A stretch of 64,000 bases of DNA from an uncultured Desulfurococcales archaeon (GTDB taxonomy: Archaea > Thermoproteota > Thermoprotei_A > Sulfolobales > CAZFJX01), in NCBI GenBank assembly GCA_964519505.1, contig CAZFJX010000002.1, forward strand, positions 72,958-136,957, in the 5' to 3' direction. Shown here piece by piece: positions 19,063 to 27,417 of the stretch (position 1 is its first letter; every line of letters begins with the position of its first letter). The notes under the pieces are model-generated. The model was not told the DNA's origin, did no database searches, and saw only the letters and a list, made by a program, of their open reading frames with translations. Made by a program: the position numbers and the translations under genes.

Positions 19063-20112
19063 GTGTATTATTTGAAGAAGGCTAAGCTCTTTGAACGGGT
19101 TGATGGTGGTGTAGTGAAGTGCTTAGTATGTAATAGGTACTGTAAGGTATGGCCCGGAAAGCGCGGGATTTGCGGTAATTACATAAATATGGATGGAGAG
19201 CTTTACCATCTAGGTTACGGTATCTTAAGCGCTATCGAATCTAGACCTATAGAGATTAAGCCATTATTTCATTATTGGCCTAACAGTACTGCATTAACAT
19301 TCTCAGGTTTTGGCTGTAATTTCTACTGCCCATGGTGTCAGAACTATTTACTTAGTTTTACTCACCCTAAGGGTGATGAGCCTAAGTACAAACCTCAGGA
19401 ACTTGTAAGGGCTGCTAAAGCATATGGTGATGAAGGACTATGTGCAAGCTTTAATGAACCAATAACACTTTTCGATTTCTTACTTGATGTATTCTCGTTA
19501 AGTAAGAAGGAGGGGCTTTATGGGACTATGGTGACTAATGGTTACTTCTCACCTAGAGCGTTAAGGGAGTTAGTGGAGGCCGGTGTTGATGGTTATAGCA
19601 TAGATATTAAGGGGTGCACAGGGCTTACTAAGGGTAGGGCATTGGTTAATGTAGATCATGAAGAGGTGTTTAGGAATGCTAGAAGACTTCTAGATTTAGG
19701 GGCTCATGTCGAGATAGTATTCCTCATAGTCACCGGGTTTAACGATTCCGATGAATGTATTGAGTGGGTAATTAGGAAGCACCTAGACTACCTAGGTGAG
19801 GATGTTCCGCTACATATAAACAGGTACTACCCTAGACATAGATGGAAGGAGCCCCCAACACCGATAAGTAAATTACTTAAGGCTAAGGATTTAGCACTTA
19901 AGGAAGGTATAAACTACGTTTATGTAGGAAATATAGGCTCTACGGAACTTGAAAGCACTAACTGTCCTAGATGTGGTAAGCGATTAATAACGAGGTCAGG
20001 CTATAGGGTATTACATTACTCATTAACTGAAGACAATAGATGCCCTAGATGCGGTCATAAGATACCCATTAGAGGTAAGTACATACCGCATAAGAAATAC
20101 CTATTCATCTAA
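19063..20112 (+). CDS. AmmeMemoRadiSam-type radical SAM enzyme (PFL-activase-like)
   Basis: CNFYCPWCQN radical-SAM cluster motif, an N-terminal CxxC...C region and a C-terminal zinc ribbon (CPRCGKRL...CPRCGHKI). Confidence 0.72.
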   Translation: MYYLKKAKLFERVDGGVVKCLVCNRYCKVWPGKRGICGNYINMDGELYHLGYGILSAIESRPIEIKPLFHYWPNSTALTFSGFGCNFYCPWCQNYLLSFTHPKGDEPKYKPQELVRAAKAYGDEGLCASFNEPITLFDFLLDVFSLSKKEGLYGTMVTNGYFSPRALRELVEAGVDGYSIDIKGCTGLTKGRALVNVDHEEVFRNARRLLDLGAHVEIVFLIVTGFNDSDECIEWVIRKHLDYLGEDVPLHINRYYPRHRWKEPPTPISKLLKAKDLALKEGINYVYVGNIGSTELESTNCPRCGKRLITRSGYRVLHYSLTEDNRCPRCGHKIPIRGKYIPHKKYLFI

Positions 20113-20177
20113 CTTAATTTACTCGTGGTTGAAAGTACTTAACCATCTTACTCTAAGGTTAAGATAGGTGTTAGTTA

Positions 20178-21404
20178 GTGAGGACTTTACTAATACCTTT
20201 AGCTTCTAAATTACGTAATGAAGATCTAACAAAGAGAGTACTTGATACAATAAAGAGTTCATTAAGCAACCTCTACAAATATGAGGCAGATATAGTGGAT
20301 GATAAAGAGGCCTTAAGGGGCCTTGAGTTCGACGTAGGTATATCTATAGTACTTACTGGAGGTACTGAGGAATTGATTATTGGGTTAGCGAAGATAGGTA
20401 AATCGGTCATTTACGTAGCCCATGATAAATTGAACTCCTTACCAGCACTTCTTGAGGCTGCTCCATTAATTAAGGACTTAAATAATGTAGTCATAGCCTC
20501 AGTAAGCGACCCTAGACCTGATGTTGAGGCATTCGTAAGGGCTTGTAAAGCCTTACTAACTCTTAAGGGATTTAGAGTAGGTCTCATAGGTGGCATTAGC
20601 CCATGGATAGTCTACAGTAAAGCAGATCCAGGGTTCATAAAGAAGAGGCTAGGTATCGAGATAGTAAACATTGATTTGAAAGAGGTCATAGACCTTTATG
20701 AACAGATGTCCGTACCTAAGGAGCTACGTAATAAAGTGGTTAAGAGAGCGCTGAATGTGATAGTGACTTCAGATGAGGTTACTAACGCGCTAAAGATATA
20801 TCTAGCATTAAAAACAATCGTAAGGAACTATAAGCTTAATGCTATTAGTGTTAGATGTTTCGACCTCATAGAATCATTAAGGACAACAGCGTGTCTAGCT
20901 CTATCATTACTTAATAATGAAGGTATTACAGCAGCATGCGAAGGTGATGTGATGGCTACATTAGCAATGGTTCTTGGTCAATTAATTTCTGGGAAACCTA
21001 CGTTCATGGCTAATCCCGCATGGGTTAAGAACAATAAGATGTTACTGGCGCACTGCACTATACCTACGGCCATATGTGATACGTATGACTTACTAACACA
21101 TTTCGAATCAGGTATAGGCGTTGCTGTAAGAGGAATCCCTACGTACTCAAAGTATGTAACTCTCTTAAGACTTTCAAATGACCTAAAGAGAATGAGGGTT
21201 GTGCTAGGTAGACCAGTCATACCAACAAGATTCAGTGATGAACACTGCAGAACCCAGATTATTGTTGAGTGCAAAGATAGTTTAGAGGGGGTGGTTAAGG
21301 ATTCAATAGGTAATCATTATGTAATGATGCTAGGCAACCATGTTAGGGGTCTAGGTATTCTGGGCAAACTACTAGGTATTAAGGATATTGAGATAATTAA
21401 GTAG
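20178..21404 (+). CDS. L-fucose/L-arabinose isomerase-family protein (function uncertain)
   Basis: TAACEGDVMATLAMVLGQLISGKPTFMANP resembles the conserved C-terminal core of the sugar isomerase family. Confidence 0.45.
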   Translation: MRTLLIPLASKLRNEDLTKRVLDTIKSSLSNLYKYEADIVDDKEALRGLEFDVGISIVLTGGTEELIIGLAKIGKSVIYVAHDKLNSLPALLEAAPLIKDLNNVVIASVSDPRPDVEAFVRACKALLTLKGFRVGLIGGISPWIVYSKADPGFIKKRLGIEIVNIDLKEVIDLYEQMSVPKELRNKVVKRALNVIVTSDEVTNALKIYLALKTIVRNYKLNAISVRCFDLIESLRTTACLALSLLNNEGITAACEGDVMATLAMVLGQLISGKPTFMANPAWVKNNKMLLAHCTIPTAICDTYDLLTHFESGIGVAVRGIPTYSKYVTLLRLSNDLKRMRVVLGRPVIPTRFSDEHCRTQIIVECKDSLEGVVKDSIGNHYVMMLGNHVRGLGILGKLLGIKDIEIIK

Positions 21405-21442
21405 ACTATCTAAGTGAACACTTTTTATAGAGTCTAACCATA

Positions 21443-21631
21443 TTGGGGTCTAATTTGAAGGTTAACCAGTACTATATAAAGGGATTTAGAGATGCATTAG
21501 AGTTATCCTTATTCTTGCTTCATTTCTCAGAGCCTGAATGTGTAATAGCTAAGTTAGAGGAGCTAATAGCTAATCTAAAGTTAGGAAAGGTTAATGAAGT
21601 TATAGAAATGCTCATGATACTGAAGGACTAG
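21443..21631 (+). CDS. Hypothetical small protein
   Basis: 62-aa ORF with a non-ATG start and no recognisable motif. Occupies otherwise intergenic space. Confidence 0.3.
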   Translation: MGSNLKVNQYYIKGFRDALELSLFLLHFSEPECVIAKLEELIANLKLGKVNEVIEMLMILKD

Positions 21632-21687
21632 TCAGTCAGCCACCGCGTCCTCATCAATCAGAAGCGGTCGGGCTTCGTACATCATCC
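21632..21687 (-). ncRNA. Candidate C/D-box sRNA
   Basis: GC-rich island in AT-rich intergenic DNA. The minus strand reads GGATGATGT(C-like)-ACGAAGCCCGACCGCTT-CTGA(D')-TTGATGA(C')-GGACGCGGTGG-CTGA-CTGA(D). The first spacer of 17 nt is atypically long. Confidence 0.35.
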
Positions 21688-21724
21688 ATAATATACTTAC
21701 TTTAAAAGCGTTATTAAATTGTAA

Positions 21725-22408
21725 TTATTTCCTCCTTATCCTTCGGCGTTTACCTTTTACTCGCTTCTTAGGCGTAATTACGCGACTCGCAATATATACA
21801 GCAATAGCGACTACACATGCTATACTGGCATAGAGTAAAATAGTAGCATATGGATTAGGTGCGCTTACAGGTTTAACTTCTATATCCGTATCAACAAGTG
21901 AGTACTCATACTTAATGCCAGCGTAGGGGAAGTCCTCATAGCCAGTTATCAATACACCTGTTAGAGGATCATAGTAAAATTCAGAATTATTAGACTTAAT
22001 GACATTGGTTTTTAAGACCTTAAATGTTAATGGATCAACTAAGTAAGGAGGTATGAGTACCTCGGTTGTGTTACTGCATTTTTGGGTACCGTTCTTCACT
22101 ATATATAGCTTAGGTATTTGGCCCTCAATACTAAGTAATCTAAAGGTCATGCAGTAAGTCAATGTATTATCATTTAAGCTTATATTTATTATTACCATGT
22201 ATTTTTCAACACCTAGGATATGTGTTGAGTTATAATGCCTTAATGTCACATTATATATCATGTACTTCTTAGGTCCGTACCATGGAGGTATGGCTTGGGC
22301 TATGGTTATGTAAGTAGAGGTTACTAAGGAGTTAATTAAGAGTGTAGAAAGTATTAATATAAATATATTTAAACTAATAGAGATTACATACTTCCTTATT
22401 TGAGACAC
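21725..22408 (-). CDS. Hypothetical bitopic surface protein (N- and C-terminal TM spans, polybasic tail)
   Basis: N-terminal hydrophobic span, about 170 aa with several N-x-S/T sequons, a C-terminal TM span and the tail KKRVKGKRRRIRRK. One nt separates its start from the upstream PRTase stop. Confidence 0.45.
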   Translation of the reverse strand: MSQIRKYVISISLNIFILILSTLLINSLVTSTYITIAQAIPPWYGPKKYMIYNVTLRHYNSTHILGVEKYMVIINISLNDNTLTYCMTFRLLSIEGQIPKLYIVKNGTQKCSNTTEVLIPPYLVDPLTFKVLKTNVIKSNNSEFYYDPLTGVLITGYEDFPYAGIKYEYSLVDTDIEVKPVSAPNPYATILLYASIACVVAIAVYIASRVITPKKRVKGKRRRIRRK

Positions 22409-22409
22409 C

Positions 22410-23087
22410 TTACTTAATTTTTACTTTATAGAGACCTTTAGGGGTTACCTCAATTATCCCAGCCTCTGCAAGCGCTTCAAGGGCATCAATGTAATAGACT
22501 TTATCGACATCTATACCATACCACTCCCTAAATTTATTGACTATTTCATCAAAGCTCCATAGTTCCTTAACCTTACCCTCCTCCTCAAATATTCTTTTAA
22601 TGAACTGACGTACGTCCTCTGCCCTAGTCCATGGGTATTGGAACCATATCCACTCCTTTACTTCTATGTAATAGTAGTCAGGCTTTAACTTAGCTACAGG
22701 AGAAATCCATTGGAGTGCAGCTATCCTTAGCTCTATAGGCTTCCACTCCTTAAGTATGAAGTCACGTGCGAGGATAAGAGACTCGCCAGTATCGACTATG
22801 TCGTCAACTAGTAAAGCCCTATACTCGCTTAGGTCTATTTTATACTTAAACTTAATTAAAGCCCTTTCAGCTTTCTTAGCCGCTTCAGTCCAGTGTTGTG
22901 ACTGAATGGAGATTAGGTTATCGATACCTAGGAAATCACATATGAGTCTAGCAGGTACGTAACCACCCCTAGCTATGGCAATCACTACATCAGGCTTATA
23001 GCCAGACTCCTTAATCTTCCTAGCCAAACCCCTAGACCACTCAACAATCTCATCCCAAGACACAAGCTTTACGGGTACCTTAACCAA
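22410..23087 (-). CDS. Purine phosphoribosyltransferase-like protein with C-terminal extension
   Basis: PRPP-binding motif LLVDDIVDTGESL. About 70 extra C-terminal residues (ELWSFDEIVNKF...GIIEVTPKGLYKV) look like a small winged-helix. Confidence 0.72.
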   Translation of the reverse strand: MVKVPVKLVSWDEIVEWSRGLARKIKESGYKPDVVIAIARGGYVPARLICDFLGIDNLISIQSQHWTEAAKKAERALIKFKYKIDLSEYRALLVDDIVDTGESLILARDFILKEWKPIELRIAALQWISPVAKLKPDYYYIEVKEWIWFQYPWTRAEDVRQFIKRIFEEEGKVKELWSFDEIVNKFREWYGIDVDKVYYIDALEALAEAGIIEVTPKGLYKVKIK

Positions 23088-23242
23088 ATTACCCCCCTAA
23101 ATGAAATACATCAGAATATTTTAAACTTACATTAATGAATCACTATTAAAGTTTTAGATTAATGTGGTAATACCAGGCAAAATTAATTTATAATCTTAAG
23201 TAATTAGATAAAAGTAAGGAGTATCTTATCAGAAGTGTCTAT

Positions 23243-24718
23243 ATGAGTCTCTACAAAGATATAGAGGATGTGGGCAAAGCATTTACGGACATAATCCTAC
23301 TTACAAAACTAACTCTTTATGGTAACCTTATATATTTCGATAGAACCCCTTCGTTCAGGTTAGATTCCGTTCTAAAACGTTTTATAAAGATGGATAAACC
23401 TATATACATTAGAATAAGAGGTAAAGGGATTGAGGTCCATATACTTACTTACCTTAACGTAATTGTATGTTGCTCGGCGAGGGTTTCGGGTAAATGGATC
23501 ACTGGTTTTTCCGTCTTAGGGAATATAGAGGGTACTGAGTGTTTAATATATGCGTACGAAATCCCGTTAGATATCTTACCCAGAAATATTAATGAAGTGC
23601 TTAATAAAATAAAGAAAGAAATAGAGAGTATTAAACCACCATTAGCGTGGATAGGTAAGGAGCTTTATGGCTTTAAGTTATCCAAATTAGTAAACCCCGA
23701 CGATCCCTTATATTACATATTTCTTGGAGAGAGAAGAGGGTCTAATTACTTAGTTAAGATACTTAGGGAATTATCGCTTAATAATAGACCGCTAGCCTTA
23801 AATAAATCATTAAACTTCATGAGTATGATGTTAAGGAATACTATATCATTCTTAAGGATTACATCTATGGATGAGCATGAATTCTCAAGGATTTTAGAGA
23901 GAAAGGAAGTAAGTACAGAATTAGCTAAGGATATATTTACTGCTAAAGGTAATTTAGAAAGAATTCTGGGTTTCATAATTCCTAAAGATTCTTATGACAA
24001 TATTACTGAGTACATTAATTTGCCTCCAGTAATTATATCAGAATTTATTGATGGTATACCCCTATCTAGGGCTTCAAAAACAGTTAAGAATATGAGTATA
24101 TCATTCGTGAAAAGAGTTATGACCGAATTAACCACCTCTATCTCCTACCTCCATGTGCTGGGGTATGTTCACGGCAATATATCCCCCGATAACATAATGT
24201 TAACCACCAAGAAAGGTAAGCTAGGTATTAAGGTAATTAATTCGCTAACCGTAAGTGAAGGAGATAACTCTGTGATAATTAATTTAGGGTATATAGACCC
24301 TCAGACCATAGTGAGTAATGGCTGGTATACAGCAAGGTCTGACGTTTATAGCTTAGGAATGTTGATGTACTACACATTAACTAGTAAGCCGTTATTTACT
24401 AGATTAGCACTTAATTACGTAATAGCTAAGAGATTCAGTGTAAGTGCATTAATTGATGAGCCTGAAAGGTACATTACTCAAGAGGTAAGTAATTATGTAA
24501 GGGAACTTAGTGAAGTTGTCGATTCACTAGCCTTTAAGGACGTAGAGGGTGATATGAAGATAATAGGTGACGTACTTGCTAAGGAAGAAAAGAATCTACT
24601 AAGTCAAGTGGAAGTTAAGGAATATAGGTCAATTATAAAGAAATGCTTATCATTAACTACCGTAGATAGGTATAAGAACGCTATTGAGATACTTAACGAT
24701 TTAACGTTGATTAAGTAG
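23243..24718 (+). CDS. Protein-kinase-fold protein, predicted catalytically inactive (pseudokinase), with unknown N-terminal domain
   Basis: Kinase subdomains are readable: YLVKIL (beta3 Lys), hinge SEFIDG, catalytic loop HGNISPDNIML (HRD Asp is Asn), KVINSL in place of DFG, GYIDPQ (APE-like) and SDVYSLGMLMYY (subdomain IX). Confidence 0.65.
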   Translation: MSLYKDIEDVGKAFTDIILLTKLTLYGNLIYFDRTPSFRLDSVLKRFIKMDKPIYIRIRGKGIEVHILTYLNVIVCCSARVSGKWITGFSVLGNIEGTECLIYAYEIPLDILPRNINEVLNKIKKEIESIKPPLAWIGKELYGFKLSKLVNPDDPLYYIFLGERRGSNYLVKILRELSLNNRPLALNKSLNFMSMMLRNTISFLRITSMDEHEFSRILERKEVSTELAKDIFTAKGNLERILGFIIPKDSYDNITEYINLPPVIISEFIDGIPLSRASKTVKNMSISFVKRVMTELTTSISYLHVLGYVHGNISPDNIMLTTKKGKLGIKVINSLTVSEGDNSVIINLGYIDPQTIVSNGWYTARSDVYSLGMLMYYTLTSKPLFTRLALNYVIAKRFSVSALIDEPERYITQEVSNYVRELSEVVDSLAFKDVEGDMKIIGDVLAKEEKNLLSQVEVKEYRSIIKKCLSLTTVDRYKNAIEILNDLTLIK

Positions 24719-24775
24719 CTTAAATATGAAAGTCTTTATTATAGCTATCCTTAATTACCTAAGTGGTAGGTCTAA

Positions 24776-26164
24776 TTGAGCTTAGACAGGTTCTTCAATC
24801 CGGAGTCCGTAATTGTTGTAGGTGCTAGTGAGAAGCCTGGAACTATTGGAAGGGCTATTATAGAGAACTTACTCACTAGGTTTAAAGGTAAGATATACCC
24901 AGTAAACATAAAGTACGATAAGGTATTTGGACTTAAATGCTATAGGGATGTTCTTGAGGTTAAGGAGGGTGCTGACTTAGCTGTTATAGCTATACCTGCT
25001 AGGTTCGTGAGGGATATTGTGGATAAGCTTGGGAGGATAGGCGTTAGAGCAGCCATAATAATTAGCGCTGGGTTCAGGGAGATAGGTTCTGAAGGAGAGA
25101 GGAGGGAACGTGAGGTCGTAGAGACTGCTAGGAAGTGGGGTATTAGGATAGTTGGACCTAACTGCTTAGGTATATATGATGCCTATTCAGGTCTTGACAC
25201 CATATTTAACCCTAACGATAGGCAAGGTAAGCCCTCACCAGGCAATGTAGCTTTTATTTCTCAGAGCGGCGCTTTAGGTGCGGCCCTTCTTGACTGGCTG
25301 ACTATGGCTAGGATAGGGTTAAGTAAGTTCATTAGCTATGGCAATGCAGCAGATGTTGATGAGTCAGACCTTATAGAATTCTTAGCTGATGATCCATTAA
25401 CTAAAGTGATTACGGCATATATTGAGGGCGTGCGTGATGGTAGAAAGTTCATGAGGGCGGTAAAGAAAGCTGTGGAGAGAGGAAAGCCTGTAGTGGTTTT
25501 AAAGGCGGGTAAGACTGAGTATGGAGCTAAGGCCGCAACCAGTCATACAGGCTCGTTAGCTGGTACTTACGAAGTTTATGATGCTGCCCTTAGACAGTCA
25601 GGTGCTTTAATAGTTAACAACATTACTGAACTCATAATGGCAGCTAAGGTTTTATCAATGCAGCCACCTCCAGCAGGTCATAGGGTAGCCATAGTGACTA
25701 ACGGTGGGGGTGCGGGAGTACTAACTACGGATGAGGTAATTTCATCGGGACTTATTATGGCTAGATTAGATGATGGCACTATAATGAAGTTAAGGAATGT
25801 ACTGCCTGAAGCAGCATCACCATACAATCCTGTGGACATACTGGGTGATGCACCTGCAGAACGCTACATTAAGTCCATAAAGATAGTTATGAATGATAAT
25901 AACGTTGACTCAATAATCATAATCACTATTATGCAGTCACCAGCATTTAACCCTAAGGAGTTCATAGAGGGCATGAAGGAGATAATCGAAAAGACGGAGA
26001 AACCCATGCTAATGATAGCTCCAGGCGGTGAGTATACTGAGAAGTGGTCTATAGAGATAGAGAGGGAGTTAAGGATACCGGTTTTTAAGTCACCTGAGGA
26101 ATGTGTAAAGGCGTTAGTAATCCTAACTAGGTTCGGTGATATACTTAGAAGATATAGACAATAA
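24776..26164 (+). CDS. Acetyl-CoA synthetase (ADP-forming), alpha subunit
   Basis: CoA-binding N-terminus (VIVVGASEKPGTIG), the phosphohistidine-loop string TSHTGSLAG and an SCS-alpha-like fold; 462 aa. Confidence 0.85.
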   Translation: MSLDRFFNPESVIVVGASEKPGTIGRAIIENLLTRFKGKIYPVNIKYDKVFGLKCYRDVLEVKEGADLAVIAIPARFVRDIVDKLGRIGVRAAIIISAGFREIGSEGERREREVVETARKWGIRIVGPNCLGIYDAYSGLDTIFNPNDRQGKPSPGNVAFISQSGALGAALLDWLTMARIGLSKFISYGNAADVDESDLIEFLADDPLTKVITAYIEGVRDGRKFMRAVKKAVERGKPVVVLKAGKTEYGAKAATSHTGSLAGTYEVYDAALRQSGALIVNNITELIMAAKVLSMQPPPAGHRVAIVTNGGGAGVLTTDEVISSGLIMARLDDGTIMKLRNVLPEAASPYNPVDILGDAPAERYIKSIKIVMNDNNVDSIIIITIMQSPAFNPKEFIEGMKEIIEKTEKPMLMIAPGGEYTEKWSIEIERELRIPVFKSPEECVKALVILTRFGDILRRYRQ

Positions 26165-26213
26165 CTTAATTAATCCTTTCACCTTACTAACGAAAGAGGC
26201 AGGTGGTGACTTA

Positions 26214-26636
26214 ATGCATGAGTTAAGCCTTGCTGATGCTTTATTGAAAGCGCTAAGTAACTATGCGGTAAGAAATAATGTTAGGATACGTAGAGTGATT
26301 TTAGGTATTGGTCAGTTAGCGCAAGTGGATAAGGACTTACTTAAAGATAACATAGTTACGTTAGCAGGCGTTTACGGTCTTGACGACGTTAAATTTGAGT
26401 TTAAGGAGGAGGAGACTATATTTAAATGCAATGCCTGTGGTCATGTATGGAGATGGGGTGAAATTAGGGATGAGGTTTTGAGGGGGTTATGTGGGGACGT
26501 TGTTGAGTGTGATAACCCAATACATTATATACCTGCATTAGCTAACGTTTTCATAAGATGCCCTAAATGTAATTCATTAGATTTTGAGGTAATTAAAGGT
26601 CAAGGGCTTGAGGTGTTAAGCATTGAGTATGAGTGA
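26214..26636 (+). CDS. hypA: Hydrogenase nickel-insertion protein HypA
   Basis: Starts MHELSLA (the typical MHE Ni-binding N-terminus), preceded by AGGTGGTGA. Zinc motifs CNACG...CPKCN. The ORF-track start at 26136 would overlap the upstream gene and add a non-homologous extension. Confidence 0.85.
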   Translation: MHELSLADALLKALSNYAVRNNVRIRRVILGIGQLAQVDKDLLKDNIVTLAGVYGLDDVKFEFKEEETIFKCNACGHVWRWGEIRDEVLRGLCGDVVECDNPIHYIPALANVFIRCPKCNSLDFEVIKGQGLEVLSIEYE

Positions 26637-27381
26637 TTTTCGTGAGGAGGTCATTATAGATAAGTTAAGTAGATGTAATTACGTGTTGATGGTAGGTGCT
26701 GGTAAGGGAGGTGTAGGTAAGTCTGTAATCTCTACATTACTAGCATTAAAGCTTAGTTCAATGAGGAAAGAGATATTTCTCTTAGACCTAGACCTGCATG
26801 GATCTTCAATACCTTCACTATTAGGTATTAATTACGTAGTCAAGGAGAGTGAAAAAGGGTTTAAACCCTACGAATATAATAACCGACTTGAGGTGATGTC
26901 CCTTAAGTTTTTTATTGAAGACAAACCAGCACCTTTAAGAGGACATTATAAAGATTACGTGATAAAGGAGATTCTAACATTAACTAACTGGAAGTCCAAG
27001 AACGTGATTATCGACCTACCACCAGGGTTTAGTAATGAGTTACTAACAATAATTAAGTTAGTGAGGAAGGCTAATGTTAAGAGGGGCCATTTAGTTATTA
27101 CAAATCCATCAATAATTTCTGCAGAAGTTGTTAAAAAGTATATGACCCTACTCAAGGAGCTTGGAGAGGAAATTATTGGTTTGGTGATCAATATGGCTTA
27201 CATGAAGTACGGTAACGCTGTCATAAGGTTAGGTGAGTTAAGGTTAGGTAAGGAATTCCAAGTACTAGCAGAACTTCCTTACATACCAGGCATCGATAAT
27301 TACCTAATGAGGGGTGTAATACCTAAGGAGTTAGATAAGGGATTAAAACCCTTAATTAGCAAAATCGTTCCACTATTTTAA
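26623..27381 (+). CDS. Mrp/MinD-family P-loop ATPase, probable ATPase-type HypB partner of HypA
   Basis: Deviant Walker A GAGKGGVGKS; overlaps hypA by 14 nt. The pairing of HypA with an Mrp/MinD-type ATPase is known from Thermococcus kodakarensis. Confidence 0.65.
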   Translation: MSMSDFREEVIIDKLSRCNYVLMVGAGKGGVGKSVISTLLALKLSSMRKEIFLLDLDLHGSSIPSLLGINYVVKESEKGFKPYEYNNRLEVMSLKFFIEDKPAPLRGHYKDYVIKEILTLTNWKSKNVIIDLPPGFSNELLTIIKLVRKANVKRGHLVITNPSIISAEVVKKYMTLLKELGEEIIGLVINMAYMKYGNAVIRLGELRLGKEFQVLAELPYIPGIDNYLMRGVIPKELDKGLKPLISKIVPLF

Positions 27382-27417
27382 TTACCTTAACTTTTTAGTA
27401 GATATAGGGTTTAAGCT

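Noticed and set aside
26136-26213. N-terminal extension of HypA given by the ORF track (MIYLEDIDNN...).
   Set aside because: The extension overlaps the acetyl-CoA synthetase gene. HypA proteins start with MHE, and a good Shine-Dalgarno-like AGGTGGTGA precedes the ATG at 26214.
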